Positions 10,334 through 20,679 of a stretch of DNA of 64,000 bases are shown one piece after another. Within the stretch, counting starts at the first letter, position 1. Every line of letters starts with the position of its first letter. The notes under the pieces were generated by a model. That model saw only the letters and a program-made list of their open reading frames with translations, did not search any database and was not told the DNA's origin. The translations under genes were made by a program, and so were the position numbers. The stretch is from assembly GCA_965248925.1 (NCBI GenBank), contig CBDFLE010000006.1, forward strand, positions 1,792,001-1,856,000, given 5' to 3'. The DNA is from Candidatus Multivoradales bacterium (GTDB lineage Bacteria > Acidobacteriota > Thermoanaerobaculia > Multivoradales > J023).

Positions 10334-13288
10334 ATGAGGTTGAGGGTTTTAATTCTCACACTAATTCTGTCGCTAGCGTTTACCGGCGTCGTACTTGCCC
10401 AGAGTGGTACTCACGGCAAGGTGTCGGGAACCGTTACCAGCAACGAGGGTGATGGCCTACCGGGCGTCACCGTCACCGCCAGCTCACCGTCCCTCCAGGG
10501 GACCCGGGTCACTCAGACCGGTAGCAGCGGCGGCTATGTCTTCCCCAGCCTGTCCCCCGGCGAGTACACCCTGACTTTCGAGCTGGAAGGCTTCGACCCG
10601 GTGGTGCAGCAGCTCAAAGTTTCCGTGCAGCAGCTCACCGGCGCCAGCATCATCCTGGGCTTGTCGACCACCGACCTTGGCGAGGAGATCATCGTCACCG
10701 GTGAGATCAGCACCATCTCGCAGAGTGTCGCCGCCCAGTCGACCTACGAGCAGAGCTTGATCGAGAAACTGCCCACCGGACGCACCGTGCGCGACATCAC
10801 CTTGCTCGCCCCCGGCGTCCAGGAGAGCGGCGTGGCGATCGGCGGCGGCCGTGGCTTGGCGATCTCGATCGCCGGCTCGCAGACCTCCGAGAACCTGTTC
10901 ATGGTCAATGGCGTGACCATCAACGAGAATCTTCGCGGTCAGGCCCTGGACCTCTACATCGAGGACGCGGTACTTGAGACCACCGCCACCATCTCGGGCG
11001 TCTCCGCCGAGTACGGCCGCTTCGCCGGTGGCGTGATCAACGCCATCACCAAGTCTGGCGGCAACAGCTTTAGCGGTTCGTTGCGGGTCAACTACACCAA
11101 CCAAGATTGGGCCGAGCCCACCGCTCTGACCAACGCCCGGGACAACACGGTCAATGAGACTTACGAAGCCACTTTCGGCGGTCGCCTCATCCGCGACAAG
11201 GTGTGGTTCTTCGCCGCCGGCCGCGATCTCGAGCGCGCCGGTTCGGCGACCTTGCAGCTGACCGGGCTGACCGTTTCGCAGCCGCAGACCCAAGAGCGCC
11301 TCGAAGGCAAGTTGACCATCACTCCGCTGCCCAGCCATTCGCTGGTTGCCTCCTACCTGGATCGCGAACAGGAACAGACCAACGTCGGTTTCTCGCCGGT
11401 GGACTTCACCACTTTGAACAACCGAGCTGATCCACAGGAACTGACTTCAGCCAACTACACCGGCATCTTCGGCTCGAACTTCTTCGTCGAAGCACAGTAC
11501 TCAGAGCGTGAGTTCACGATCGCCGACGGCGCTGGCGCCAGCACGACGGATCGCATCGGCGGCACCTGGTTCGTCGACCTACAGACCTTCCAGTTCATCG
11601 CCTCGCCGGTGTTCTGCGCGGTCTGCGTACCGCAGAAGCGCGACAATGAGAACTTCTTCGTCAAGGGGAACTACTTCCTCAACACCGGAAGTTCGGGCTC
11701 GCACGACTTCGTCGCGGGCTACGACACGTTCACCGACATCGTGATCGTAGAGAACCACCAGTCCGGTAGCGACTTCTCGCTGTGGGGTTTCGAGAACTTC
11801 ATCTTGCGCGGCACCACCGTTTTCCCGGCCTTCAGCAACAACGGCGCCAACCAGCTGTGGTTCAACCCAGTACTCAATCCGACCCAGGGCTCGTTTTTCG
11901 AGCAAGACGCCGTATTCGTCAACGACCGCTGGACGCTCAACGACAAGTGGAGCTTCAATCTTGGGGTTCGCTTTGACGAGAACAACGCGGTGGATTCCGG
12001 CGGCGGCACGGTCTCGGACGACAACAAGATCAGCCCGCGACTCGGCGCCACATGGGATGTCAAAGGCGATGGCGATTGGGTGGTCAACGCCAGCTTCGGC
12101 GACTACGTCACCGGCATCAGCAACAGCGGTAACACTGGCGGCGCCGGTGCCAGCGCTGGCGCTCTGGCGACCTTCCAGTGGCTGTACAACGGTCCGAGCA
12201 TCAACCCCGACCCCAACGCCCCGACCGATCAGCTGATCAGTCAGGACGATGCCCTGCGCATCATCTTCGATTGGTTCGCATCGATCGGCGACACCGCCAA
12301 CACCTCGCAGTTGATCGGCGTGGCGATCCCGGGCGTCAGCACCCAGGTCGGCGACAACTTGGTTTCGCCCTCATCGCAGGAGTTCTCCCTCGGCATCACC
12401 AAGCGGCTCGGCAGCAAGGGCCTGGTCCGGGCCGACTACGTGAAGCGTGAGTTCAACGATTTCTACGCCCAGCGCGTCGACACCGGCACCGGCACGGTGA
12501 CCAATCCTGACGGCAGCCTCGCCGACCTGGTCTTGGTGGTCAACGAGGACAACCTGCTGTCGCGCCAGTACGACGGGCTGCACACCCAGTTCGCCTACCG
12601 CGTCAACGACAAGCTGAACGTCGCTGGTAACTGGACCTGGTCCCACGCTCGCGGTAACTGGAATGGTGAGACTCGGGACCAGGGCCCGATCGCCTCGGCG
12701 ATCGTTTCCTACCCCGAGTACCGCGATTTCGCCAACTACGAGCCGCGCGGCAGTCTGGCCGTGGACGTGCGCCACAAGATCAGCCTGTGGGCGGTGTGGG
12801 AGTTGCTGCAGACCGAGCGCCACAACCTCAGCTTGGGCTTGCTGCAGAACTATGCTTCGGGTCGCCCCTTCGGCGCTCAGGGCAACGTTGCCAGCACCAA
12901 CTTCGTTGACAACAGCGCGCTTGGCTACCTGTTCCCGCCGCCTACGGTGCAGTACTTCTACACCGGCCGTGATGCCTTCAAGACCGACGACATCACCCGT
13001 ACCGACTTCACGGTGAACTACGCCTTCCAGGTTCCCTTCTTCGGCCGGCAGTTCGAGATCTTCCTCCAGCCTGAGGTCGTCAACCTGTTCGATGAGGATG
13101 GCGTGCAACGGGCCGATGTAACGGTGCTCGACGCGACCAACAGTGGTCTGGCTGCGTTCAACCCTTTCACCGAAATTCCGGTAGAGGGTATTCATTACGA
13201 CCTCGGTCCGAACTTCGGCCAGGCGATCAACGAGGATGACTTCCAGCAGCCGCGGACCTTCCGCTTCTCGGTAGGCTTCCGCTTCTAA
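10334..13288 (+). CDS. TonB-dependent receptor (Oar-like, carboxypeptidase-regulatory-like N-domain)
   Basis: Signal peptide, 'G..LPGVTVT..SPSLQG', 'SAEYGRF.GGVINAITKSGGN', C-terminal 'PRTFRFSVGFRF'; AAGGAG RBS. Confidence 0.92.
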   Translation: MRLRVLILTLILSLAFTGVVLAQSGTHGKVSGTVTSNEGDGLPGVTVTASSPSLQGTRVTQTGSSGGYVFPSLSPGEYTLTFELEGFDPVVQQLKVSVQQLTGASIILGLSTTDLGEEIIVTGEISTISQSVAAQSTYEQSLIEKLPTGRTVRDITLLAPGVQESGVAIGGGRGLAISIAGSQTSENLFMVNGVTINENLRGQALDLYIEDAVLETTATISGVSAEYGRFAGGVINAITKSGGNSFSGSLRVNYTNQDWAEPTALTNARDNTVNETYEATFGGRLIRDKVWFFAAGRDLERAGSATLQLTGLTVSQPQTQERLEGKLTITPLPSHSLVASYLDREQEQTNVGFSPVDFTTLNNRADPQELTSANYTGIFGSNFFVEAQYSEREFTIADGAGASTTDRIGGTWFVDLQTFQFIASPVFCAVCVPQKRDNENFFVKGNYFLNTGSSGSHDFVAGYDTFTDIVIVENHQSGSDFSLWGFENFILRGTTVFPAFSNNGANQLWFNPVLNPTQGSFFEQDAVFVNDRWTLNDKWSFNLGVRFDENNAVDSGGGTVSDDNKISPRLGATWDVKGDGDWVVNASFGDYVTGISNSGNTGGAGASAGALATFQWLYNGPSINPDPNAPTDQLISQDDALRIIFDWFASIGDTANTSQLIGVAIPGVSTQVGDNLVSPSSQEFSLGITKRLGSKGLVRADYVKREFNDFYAQRVDTGTGTVTNPDGSLADLVLVVNEDNLLSRQYDGLHTQFAYRVNDKLNVAGNWTWSHARGNWNGETRDQGPIASAIVSYPEYRDFANYEPRGSLAVDVRHKISLWAVWELLQTERHNLSLGLLQNYASGRPFGAQGNVASTNFVDNSALGYLFPPPTVQYFYTGRDAFKTDDITRTDFTVNYAFQVPFFGRQFEIFLQPEVVNLFDEDGVQRADVTVLDATNSGLAAFNPFTEIPVEGIHYDLGPNFGQAINEDDFQQPRTFRFSVGFRF

Positions 13289-13308
13289 TCGCTGACCTAG
13301 CGTCCGCC

Positions 13309-13341
13309 AAAGCCCCGGCTCCCAGCCGGGGCTTTTTGTTT
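13309..13341 (+). terminator. Rho-independent terminator of TonB receptor gene
   Basis: AAAGCCCCGGCT-CCC-AGCCGGGGCTTT followed by TTGTTT. Confidence 0.85.
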
Positions 13342-13451
13342 CAGCACTTTACAGAGGTGCCAGGTGAGATGAGTCGGCCGGTCTCCCATCAGTGACATCC
13401 TGCGTGCGAGAAAATCCTCAAGTCTGGGTGGTGCCCGCAAGGAAACCGACC

Positions 13452-13620
13452 ACGGACGTTGTTGGCATCGACGTTCACACAAAGTACAGCGAGATCTGCG
13501 TTCTTTCCTCCCGCGGCCGGGTGCTGGAGCATTTGCAAGTCGCAACTACCGAGACTTCGCTGCGGCGATTCTTTGCCAAGCGGGAGCGCTCTCGGCTAGT
13601 GATGGAGTGCTCTTCTTTCG
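13452..13620 (+). pseudogene. IS110-family transposase remnant (N-terminal DEDD/RuvC fragment)
   Basis: (ACG)DVVGIDVHTKYSEICVL...G.V......TT...LRRFF......LVMEC matches the IS110 N-terminus; ACG in place of ATG after an AAGGA RBS; truncated after ~55 codons. Confidence 0.75.
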
Positions 13621-13625
13621 CGCCC

Positions 13626-13661
13626 AAAACAAAAAAGGCCGGCGAATGCAATCGCCGGCCT
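13626..13661 (-). terminator. Rho-independent terminator of rplQ/alpha operon
   Basis: GGCCGGCGA-loop-TCGCCGGCC stem with A-tract on + strand (U-tract on minus). Confidence 0.85.
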
Positions 13662-13714
13662 CTTGCCTGCTCCCTCGACGCCCTAGGGGGGATTCTCAGC
13701 TGAGTGCGCGGAAC

Positions 13715-14098
13715 CTAGTCGTCGCCGCTAGCTGACGCCGGCTCGTAATCGACGAACTCGATGATCGCCATTTCGGCACCGTCACCGCGGCGGGGACCGA
13801 GTTTCATGATCCTCAAATAACCACCGGAGCGGTCCTCAAAACGCGGCGCGATGTCATCGAATAAGGTCTTAACCACACTGCGGTCAGAGATCCAACGACG
13901 TACCTGACGGCGAGCGTGTAACGTACCTGTCTTGCCCTTGGTGACCAGTTTCTCGGCGATTGGCCGCAACTCTTTGGCCTTGGGCAAGGTGGTGACGATG
14001 CGACCGCTGATCATCAACGAGACCAACTGATTGCGGAACAGCGCCCGCCGGTGGGACGATGTGCGACCGAGCTTTCTTCCGTGTACTGCGTGACGCAT
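13715..14098 (-). CDS. rplQ: 50S ribosomal protein L17
   Basis: MRH....[13 protein letters not shown]; position after rpoA. Confidence 0.98.
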   Translation of the reverse strand: MRHAVHGRKLGRTSSHRRALFRNQLVSLMISGRIVTTLPKAKELRPIAEKLVTKGKTGTLHARRQVRRWISDRSVVKTLFDDIAPRFEDRSGGYLRIMKLGPRRGDGAEMAIIEFVDYEPASASGDD

Positions 14099-14128
14099 TG
14101 ACTTGGCTCCTCAGATCTTGCGCCGCGC

Positions 14129-15121
14129 CTAGAGGCTCGCCGCTAGGCCGGCCGGCGGTTCGGCCGGCACGTCCATGCCGAATTCGAGTCCGAGTTTGCC
14201 GAGCACATCCTGCAGTTCCTCGAGCGACTTCTTGCCGAAGTTCTTGGTCTCGAGCATTTCCTTCTCGGACTTGCGCACCAGATCCCGCAGGGTGTGGATG
14301 TTGGCGTTCTTCAAGCAGTTGGCCGAGCGAACCGACAGATCGAGTTCGTCGATATTGCGGCCCAACAGCTTGTCCAACCCACTGAGTTCTTCGACCTGAA
14401 CTGGCGGCGCCTCTTCCCGCAGGCTCTCCTCGGCATGGGTGAAGATCCCCAAGTGATCGCGAAGTAGCATGGAAGCTAGCGACAGAGTCTCTTCCGGCGG
14501 CAAGGTGCCGTTGGTCCAGATATCGAGGGTCAGCTTCTCATAGTCCGTATCGCGGCCTACGCGGGCTGCCTCGACGCGGTAGTTCACCCTCTTGACCGGG
14601 CTGTGGACCGAGTCGATCGGGATCCAGCCGATGCCCATGGAATCGTCAAAGTTCTTGTCAGCGGTGACGTAACCCCGACCATTCTTCACCTGCACCTGCA
14701 GTTTCAGGTGGCCCTCTTCGTTGAGCGTCGCGATCGGCAAATCCGGATCGCAGATCTCAACGTTGGGATCACCCGCTAGATCACCGGCGATCACCACCCC
14801 TGGGCCCTTGATATCGAGACTGAGATACTTGGTGTCCTCGGTCTCGAGCAGAATCGGCACCTGACGCAGGTTGAGGATGATGTCGGTCACATCCTCGACC
14901 ACGCCGGACACCGACGAGAACTCGTGCAGCACGCCTTCAATCTGCACCGCGGTGATCGCCGCGCCTTCGATGGAAGACAGCAGTGAGCGCCGCAAGGCAG
15001 TACCCACGGTAGTGGCAAAACCACGCTCAAACGGTTGCGCCGTGAAGGTCGCAAAGGTAGAGGTCGCGGATTTCTTATCGATGTCGACCCGCTTGGGTCG
15101 CTGAAAACCCTTCCATAGCAT
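14129..15121 (-). CDS. rpoA: RNA polymerase alpha subunit
   Basis: PFERGF..T.G.ALRR.LLSSIEG; alpha-CTD LSVRSANCL; start MLWKGF after AAGGAG. Confidence 0.98.
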   Translation of the reverse strand: MLWKGFQRPKRVDIDKKSATSTFATFTAQPFERGFATTVGTALRRSLLSSIEGAAITAVQIEGVLHEFSSVSGVVEDVTDIILNLRQVPILLETEDTKYLSLDIKGPGVVIAGDLAGDPNVEICDPDLPIATLNEEGHLKLQVQVKNGRGYVTADKNFDDSMGIGWIPIDSVHSPVKRVNYRVEAARVGRDTDYEKLTLDIWTNGTLPPEETLSLASMLLRDHLGIFTHAEESLREEAPPVQVEELSGLDKLLGRNIDELDLSVRSANCLKNANIHTLRDLVRKSEKEMLETKNFGKKSLEELQDVLGKLGLEFGMDVPAEPPAGLAASL

Positions 15122-15264
15122 AGGAAGTCTCCTTCGTCGAAACCAGCCCGGAGAGAGCGAAGCACCCCGCCCTGGCGGGGACACCTCTCCGGTACCGGCG
15201 TGGGCCGATCGAACAGTTTTCTGAGTCGAGCATCGCGACCGGCAAAGCCGGGCCGCGACCAGCC

Positions 15265-15894
15265 TCAACGGCTGTAGAGCTCGACGATGAGCTGCTCCTG
15301 AACCGGCAGCTTGATTTCTTCACGAGTCGGCATGGCAGTCACCTTGCCGGAGAAAGTCTCCGGATTGAGTTGCAGCCACTCCGGCACGCCACGACCTCGC
15401 GCGGTCTCCACGCTGGCCTTGATGAGTTCGTTCTTGCGACTTCCTTCCTTGACCTGGACCTCTTGCTCGGCCTTCACCTGATAGGAAGGAATCGTCACCT
15501 TCTTGCCGTCTATCCGAATGTGGCCATGGCGCACCAACTGGCGAGCTTGCGCTCGCGAAGCGCCGAAGCCCAGACTGTAGACGACGTTGTCGAGCCGCCG
15601 TTCCAGCATCACCAGCAAATTCTCGCCAGTAATGCCTTTCTTGCGGTCTGCCTTCTTGAAATAGTTGCGGAACTGCTTCTCTTGGATGCCGTAGATCCGC
15701 TTGACCTTCTGCTTCTCACGTAGCTGAAGACCGTAACCCATGGTACGACGACCGCGACGCTGGCCGTGTTGGCCAGGCGGATAGTTACGCCTCTCAATAG
15801 CGCACTTTTCCTTGAAGCAGCGGTCCCCCTTGAGGAACAGCTTCATCCGCTCGCGTCGGCAAAGCCGGCAAACGGATCCTGTATGTCTCGCCAA
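15265..15894 (-). CDS. rpsD: 30S ribosomal protein S4 (Cys-containing form)
   Basis: CRLCRRE..KLFLKG.RC...KC; [10 protein letters not shown]; TTG start. Confidence 0.98.
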   Translation of the reverse strand: MARHTGSVCRLCRRERMKLFLKGDRCFKEKCAIERRNYPPGQHGQRRGRRTMGYGLQLREKQKVKRIYGIQEKQFRNYFKKADRKKGITGENLLVMLERRLDNVVYSLGFGASRAQARQLVRHGHIRIDGKKVTIPSYQVKAEQEVQVKEGSRKNELIKASVETARGRGVPEWLQLNPETFSGKVTAMPTREEIKLPVQEQLIVELYSR

Positions 15895-15972
15895 GGTTGC
15901 TCTCCTTACTCTTGAAAATTCGCAGGCATGACTGTCACCAATCTCACCGTCACCAAATTCACTGTCAGCCGA

Positions 15973-16371
15973 TCAGACCCGGCGGCGCTTACGCGGCCGG
16001 CAGCCGTTGTGCGGGATAGGCGTCACGTCCTTGATCGATTTCACCACCAAGCCGGTCGACTGTAGCGCTCGGATCGCCGACTCGCGTCCACCACCAGGCC
16101 CGTTAACCATCACGTCGATGTTACGGACACCCATGTCGCGCGCCAAATGACCGGCATTCTGCCCCGCCACCTGGGCCGCGAACGGCGTCCCTTTGCGTGA
16201 CCCCTTGAAACCCAGCTTGCCGGCCGAGGACCAGCCCAAAACATTGCCCTCTGGGTCGGTGATCGAGATCAAGGTGTTGTTGAAAGTTGCTTGGATAAAC
16301 GCCACCGCGCTCGGCACGATACGCTTTTCCTTCTTCTTGCCCGACTTGCGGTCTTTTTTGACTTTGGCCAT
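15973..16371 (-). CDS. rpsK: 30S ribosomal protein S11
   Basis: [14 protein letters not shown]; [12 protein letters not shown]. Confidence 0.98.
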   Translation of the reverse strand: MAKVKKDRKSGKKKEKRIVPSAVAFIQATFNNTLISITDPEGNVLGWSSAGKLGFKGSRKGTPFAAQVAGQNAGHLARDMGVRNIDVMVNGPGGGRESAIRALQSTGLVVKSIKDVTPIPHNGCRPRKRRRV

Positions 16372-16386
16372 CGCTCTTACATCTCC

Positions 16387-16767
16387 CTACTTGCGGGCCA
16401 ACTTCTTACCGGCCACGGTCACCCGCTTTGGACCCTTGCGGGTACGGGCATTGGTGTGAGTTCGCTGTCCACGCGCCGGCAGGTTACGGCGGTGGCGCAC
16501 GCCACGGTAGCTGCCGATCTCCATCAAGCGCTTGATGTGAGTGGCTACCTCCTTGCGAAGATCGCCCTCCACTCGCATGTCGTCCTGGACGATTTTGCGG
16601 ATCCTACGCGCCTCGTCCTCGGTGAGATCCTTCACCTTGACAGTCTCCTCGACGCCAGCCTGGGCGAGAAGCTGCTTCGAGGTCGTGACGCCGATGCCGT
16701 GAATGTAAGTCAAGCCTATCCAGACCTGTTTGTTCTGCGGCAGATCGATTCCTGCTATGCGTGCCAT
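16387..16767 (-). CDS. rpsM: 30S ribosomal protein S13
   Basis: [10 protein letters not shown]; [14 protein letters not shown]. Confidence 0.98.
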   Translation of the reverse strand: MARIAGIDLPQNKQVWIGLTYIHGIGVTTSKQLLAQAGVEETVKVKDLTEDEARRIRKIVQDDMRVEGDLRKEVATHIKRLMEIGSYRGVRHRRNLPARGQRTHTNARTRKGPKRVTVAGKKLARK

Positions 16768-16784
16768 CGCTTCTTATCCTGTGG

Positions 16785-16898
16785 TCAACCCTGACGCTGT
16801 TTATGCTTCGGGTTCTCGCAGATCACCCGCACGACACCGCGCCGCCGGACGACCTTACATTTAGGGCAAATCTTCTTGACCGATGCGCGAACTTTCAT
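16785..16898 (-). CDS. rpmJ: 50S ribosomal protein L36 (Zn-binding form)
   Basis: Translated manually: [37 protein letters not shown]; below ORF-track cutoff. Confidence 0.97.
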   Translation of the reverse strand: MKVRASVKKICPKCKVVRRRGVVRVICENPKHKQRQG

Positions 16899-16937
16899 CA
16901 CTCACACCTTCTTCGCGTTGGGCACCTGCCCATGGTT

Positions 16938-17177
16938 CTAACGCCGAGTGTCCTTGAGCCGGTAGGTGATTCTCCCCCGGCTAAGATCGTACGGCGACAA
17001 CTCGACCCTGACCCGGTCGCCGGGCAAGATTCGAATGAAATGCTTGCGCATTTTCCCCGAGATGTGCGCCAGCACCTTGTGCGTCTGCTCTCGGTTCTCG
17101 AACTCGACTTTGAACATCGCATTCGGCAAGGTGTCTACGACAGTCGCTTCGACCTCTATTGCTTCTTCTTTAGCCAA
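16938..17177 (-). CDS. infA: Translation initiation factor IF-1
   Basis: (TTG)AKEEAIEVE...LPNAMF.V...AHISGKMR. Confidence 0.97.
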   Translation of the reverse strand: MAKEEAIEVEATVVDTLPNAMFKVEFENREQTHKVLAHISGKMRKHFIRILPGDRVRVELSPYDLSRGRITYRLKDTRR

Positions 17178-17268
17178 GTTCTTCTTCCTCGTCCTCAATC
17201 AAGCGGCTCGCGCGGAGCGCCTGGCGGCTAGGCCATCCAGCTCGGCGATTTCCGCCGGGGCGAGATAG

Positions 17269-18048
17269 CTAGCCAAATGCTGCAACCCTCGTGTCGACCT
17301 CGCTATCGACTCCCAGGATCCACGGCCCCGACTCAGTGACTGCCACTGAATACTCGAAATGGGCCGACAACGAACCATCTCGAGTGCGGGCCGTCCATCC
17401 ATCGGCATCCACCCGTACCGCCTTAGAACCGGCGTTTACCATCGGCTCGATGGCCAGTACCAAGCCGGCGCGCAGCTTCGGCCCCTTGCCGGCGCGGCCA
17501 AAGTTTGGCACCTGCGGATCCTCGTGCAATGCAGTGCCGACACCGTGGCCAACGAACTCTCGCACGACCGAAAAGCCTTGCTGCTCGACGTGACGCTGGA
17601 CGGTGTGGCCGATATCGGTCAATCGCGCCCCGGGGCGAACACACTCGACCGCCAATTCGAGAGACTCGCGGGTGACCCGCAAGAGATCCTCGGCTGGCGA
17701 CGAGATCTGACCGACGGCATAGGTTCGCGCGGCGTCTCCATAGTAGCCTTTGTAGAGAACGCCGCAGTCGAAACCAATGATATCACCTTTTTCGAGTTTA
17801 CGCCGGTTGGGTATTCCGTGGACGATGACATCATTCAGGGCGGTACACAGCGTCGCTGGGAATCCCCGGTAATTCAAAAAGGCTGGCACCCCACCTCGGG
17901 TACGAATGAGGTTCTCGGCCCAGCGGTCCATCTCCTGGGTGGTGGCCCCTGGTTCAACCCGCTCGGCGAGCCCCTCAAGCACTTCATGGACGATGCGGTT
18001 GGCATCGTCCATCAGCTCGAGTTCGCCGCGGGTCTTGAGCACCATCAT
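17269..18048 (-). CDS. map: Methionine aminopeptidase type I
   Basis: VHGIP, GD.ART, GHGVG..LHE.P, AIEPM, SAHFE. Confidence 0.97.
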   Translation of the reverse strand: MMVLKTRGELELMDDANRIVHEVLEGLAERVEPGATTQEMDRWAENLIRTRGGVPAFLNYRGFPATLCTALNDVIVHGIPNRRKLEKGDIIGFDCGVLYKGYYGDAARTYAVGQISSPAEDLLRVTRESLELAVECVRPGARLTDIGHTVQRHVEQQGFSVVREFVGHGVGTALHEDPQVPNFGRAGKGPKLRAGLVLAIEPMVNAGSKAVRVDADGWTARTRDGSLSAHFEYSVAVTESGPWILGVDSEVDTRVAAFG

Positions 18049-18051
18049 CGC

Positions 18052-18627
18052 TCAGGCCGCTCCCACCGCTTCGAGAACACTCTGCTGCACCTGCTCGATG
18101 GACTGGTTGCCGTCCACTCGCCGCAACAGACCGATGCCTTCGTAATGCTCGATCAAGGGAGCTGTCTTCTGGGCGTACTCCAGGAATCGCTTGCGGACCA
18201 CGGCCTCTCTGTCGTCATCCCGCCCGCGGCCCAGAGCCCTGGCGATCAGCACCTCTTCAGGAGCATCGATCAGCACCACATGGTCGATCGACCGACCCGC
18301 CGCGGCGACAATCCCTTCGAGAGTTTCGACCTGAGAAGTTGTCCGCGGATAGCCGTCCAGCAGGAAGCCGCCGCTCGCGTCAGCCTGCCGCAGACGGTCG
18401 CGCACTATCTCGGCCATCAACTCATCAGAAACCAGCCGGCCTTTGGCCATGATTCTCTCCACCTGCTGGCCAAGAGCATTTCCCGCGGCAACGGCGGCGC
18501 GCAGCATCTCTCCGGTCGAAATCGCCGGAATGCCAAGTGCCGCGGCCAATCGTCCAGCCTGAGTTCCTTTGCCGGAATTCGGCGGGCCCAGAAAGACGAT
18601 TCGTGCTCCTGCTTCAGCGGCGGCCAC
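18052..18627 (-). CDS. adk: Adenylate kinase (short, no LID)
   Basis: GPPNSGKGTQA, STGEMLR, LLDGYPRT. Confidence 0.96.
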   Translation of the reverse strand: MAAAEAGARIVFLGPPNSGKGTQAGRLAAALGIPAISTGEMLRAAVAAGNALGQQVERIMAKGRLVSDELMAEIVRDRLRQADASGGFLLDGYPRTTSQVETLEGIVAAAGRSIDHVVLIDAPEEVLIARALGRGRDDDREAVVRKRFLEYAQKTAPLIEHYEGIGLLRRVDGNQSIEQVQQSVLEAVGAA

Positions 18628-19999
18628 GGAGCCTTCCCTTCTTGAGGAAGCCGTCGTAGTTGCGCATCACCAGCTGGCTCTCGATCTGCTGCACGAAGTC
18701 CATCGCCACCCCGACCACGATCAGCAGCGAGGTGCCACCGAAGTAGAATTCGATCCCCAGCCCTTGGCTGATGAAGCTCGGCACAAATGGATCGATCTTC
18801 GGCCCGATGAAGGGGATGCCTTCGACCTTGAAGCCGAAGAGCAGCAGCTCCGGCAAGACCGAAACCGCGGCTAGATACAGCGAACCGATCAACGTCAATC
18901 GAGTGAGGATGCGGTCGATGTACTCCGCCGTCCGCCGGCCAGAGCGAATGCCGGGGATAAAACCACCGTACTTGCGCATGTTCTCTGCGGTGTCCTGCGG
19001 ATTGAAGATGATCGAGACGTAGAAATACGAGAAGAAGATGATCGCTGTCGCCAGCATCAGGTAGTAAATCGGCTGACCCTGGGAGAGGAAATCCTGGAAG
19101 GCTAGCGCCCAGCGTTGTCCGGAGAACAGGCCAGCCAGGGTCGGCGGCAGCATCGCCACCGAGCTAGCGAAGATCACCGGGATGACACCGCCGGTGTTGA
19201 CCCGCAGTGGCAGATAGGTGTTTTGCCCACCGTAGACCCGCCGGCCGACCACCTTCTTCGCATACTGCACGGGAATGCGCCGCTGCGAGCGTTCCATGTA
19301 GACGATAAAGCCGGTGACCAGCAGCATGAAGCCCACCAACAGGACAATCAGCACCGGGTTGATAGCCCCACTGCCCATCTTCTGGAAAGTGCTGGCAATC
19401 GCCTTCGGCAGTCCGATCACAATTCCGGCAAAAATGATCAGTGAAATGCCGTTGCCGATGCCGCGCTCTGAAATCTGTTCACCTAGCCACATGACGAACG
19501 AACAGCCCGTGGTGAGCGTCAAGATGGTGAGTAAGCGGAAGCCCCAACCCGGGTTCTCAACCAGCTGAGCGCCACCCGGAGCGGTGATCCGCTCGATGGT
19601 AATAGCAATGCCGGTCGACTGGATCAGCGAGACCAGCAAGGTGCCGTAACGGGTGTATTGGGTGATCTTGCGCCGCCCAAGCTCGCCTTCTTTCGACAGC
19701 TTCTCGAGGTAGGGAACAACGACGGTGAGCAGCTGGAGAATAATTGACGCCGTGATGTACGGCATGATCCCGAGGGCGAAAATCGCCGCCCGCTCGATGC
19801 TGCCACCAGAGAAGGTGTTGAGGAAGCCGAGCACGGAATCTTTGAAGTTCTCCACAACTTCCAACAATGCCTGTGGATTGACCCCCGGCGTCGGAATCAC
19901 ACAGCCGATCCGATAGATCGCGAGCAGCGCAAAGGTAAAGAAAATGCGCTTCCGGAGATCTGGGATCGCAAATATATTGCGCACGCTGTCTGCGAGCAC
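18614..19999 (-). CDS. secY: Preprotein translocase subunit SecY
   Basis: FALGIMPYITASII.QLL; GIGNGISLIIFAGI; multiple TM helices. Confidence 0.98.
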   Translation of the reverse strand: MLADSVRNIFAIPDLRKRIFFTFALLAIYRIGCVIPTPGVNPQALLEVVENFKDSVLGFLNTFSGGSIERAAIFALGIMPYITASIILQLLTVVVPYLEKLSKEGELGRRKITQYTRYGTLLVSLIQSTGIAITIERITAPGGAQLVENPGWGFRLLTILTLTTGCSFVMWLGEQISERGIGNGISLIIFAGIVIGLPKAIASTFQKMGSGAINPVLIVLLVGFMLLVTGFIVYMERSQRRIPVQYAKKVVGRRVYGGQNTYLPLRVNTGGVIPVIFASSVAMLPPTLAGLFSGQRWALAFQDFLSQGQPIYYLMLATAIIFFSYFYVSIIFNPQDTAENMRKYGGFIPGIRSGRRTAEYIDRILTRLTLIGSLYLAAVSVLPELLLFGFKVEGIPFIGPKIDPFVPSFISQGLGIEFYFGGTSLLIVVGVAMDFVQQIESQLVMRNYDGFLKKGRLRGRR

Positions 20000-20433
20000 T
20001 AGCGGATCTCCTCACAGCTGCCGCCAGCGGCCTCGATTTTCTCGCGCGCTGCTTTGCTGAAGCGATGTGCTTTGACTTGCAGGGCCGTGGTGATTTCGCC
20101 CGCGGCGAGAATTTTGACCCGGGCGCCGCGCCGGGCGAGCCCGTTGTCGACCAGCGTCTCCAGCGTGACTTCGCCTTCCAGATCAGCTAGCTGACGCAGG
20201 TTCACGGCAGAATACTCGGTGCGGAAGATGTTGTTGAAACCACGCTTCGGCACCCGCCGAATGAGTGGCATCTGGCCACCCTCGAAACCTAGCCGCTGGG
20301 AGAAACCAGCCCGCGAACGCTGACCCTTGTGGCCGCGGCCGGCGGTTTTGCCAGTACCCGAACCGGGTCCGCGGCCGAGCCGCTTGCGCTGCTTTGTGCT
20401 GCCCTTGGCAGGCTTGAGATCGTGAAGCTTCAT
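19999..20433 (-). CDS. rplO: 50S ribosomal protein L15
   Basis: [17 protein letters not shown]; FEGGQMPL. Confidence 0.98.
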   Translation of the reverse strand: MKLHDLKPAKGSTKQRKRLGRGPGSGTGKTAGRGHKGQRSRAGFSQRLGFEGGQMPLIRRVPKRGFNNIFRTEYSAVNLRQLADLEGEVTLETLVDNGLARRGARVKILAAGEITTALQVKAHRFSKAAREKIEAAGGSCEEIR

Positions 20434-20445
20434 GACGAAACTCTC

Positions 20446-20643
20446 CTACTCTTCCGCGATGATGCGCGCTAGATGAGCGATCTTTTTTACCATGCCGCGC
20501 ACCGCAGGAGTGTCCTCGCGCTGTACGACATGACGGATCCGGCGCAAACCTAAGCTGCGCAGCACTTCGCGTTGCGTTTTCGGGTAGCCGATTGGGCTAC
20601 GAACCTGCTCGATAGTGAGCGTGTTGGTTTTCTTCTTCGCCAT
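20446..20643 (-). CDS. rpmD: 50S ribosomal protein L30
   Basis: RSPIG....Q...L..LGLRRI...V...DTP.VRGM. Confidence 0.95.
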   Translation of the reverse strand: MAKKKTNTLTIEQVRSPIGYPKTQREVLRSLGLRRIRHVVQREDTPAVRGMVKKIAHLARIIAEE

Positions 20644-20679
20644 GTACCTAATCCTCTTGCGCTACCTCGGCCAGCACAC

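Noticed and set aside
13392-13703. 103-aa ORF as an intact gene
   Set aside because: Only the middle resembles an IS110 transposase; the rest reads through the rplQ terminator. Treated as a pseudogene
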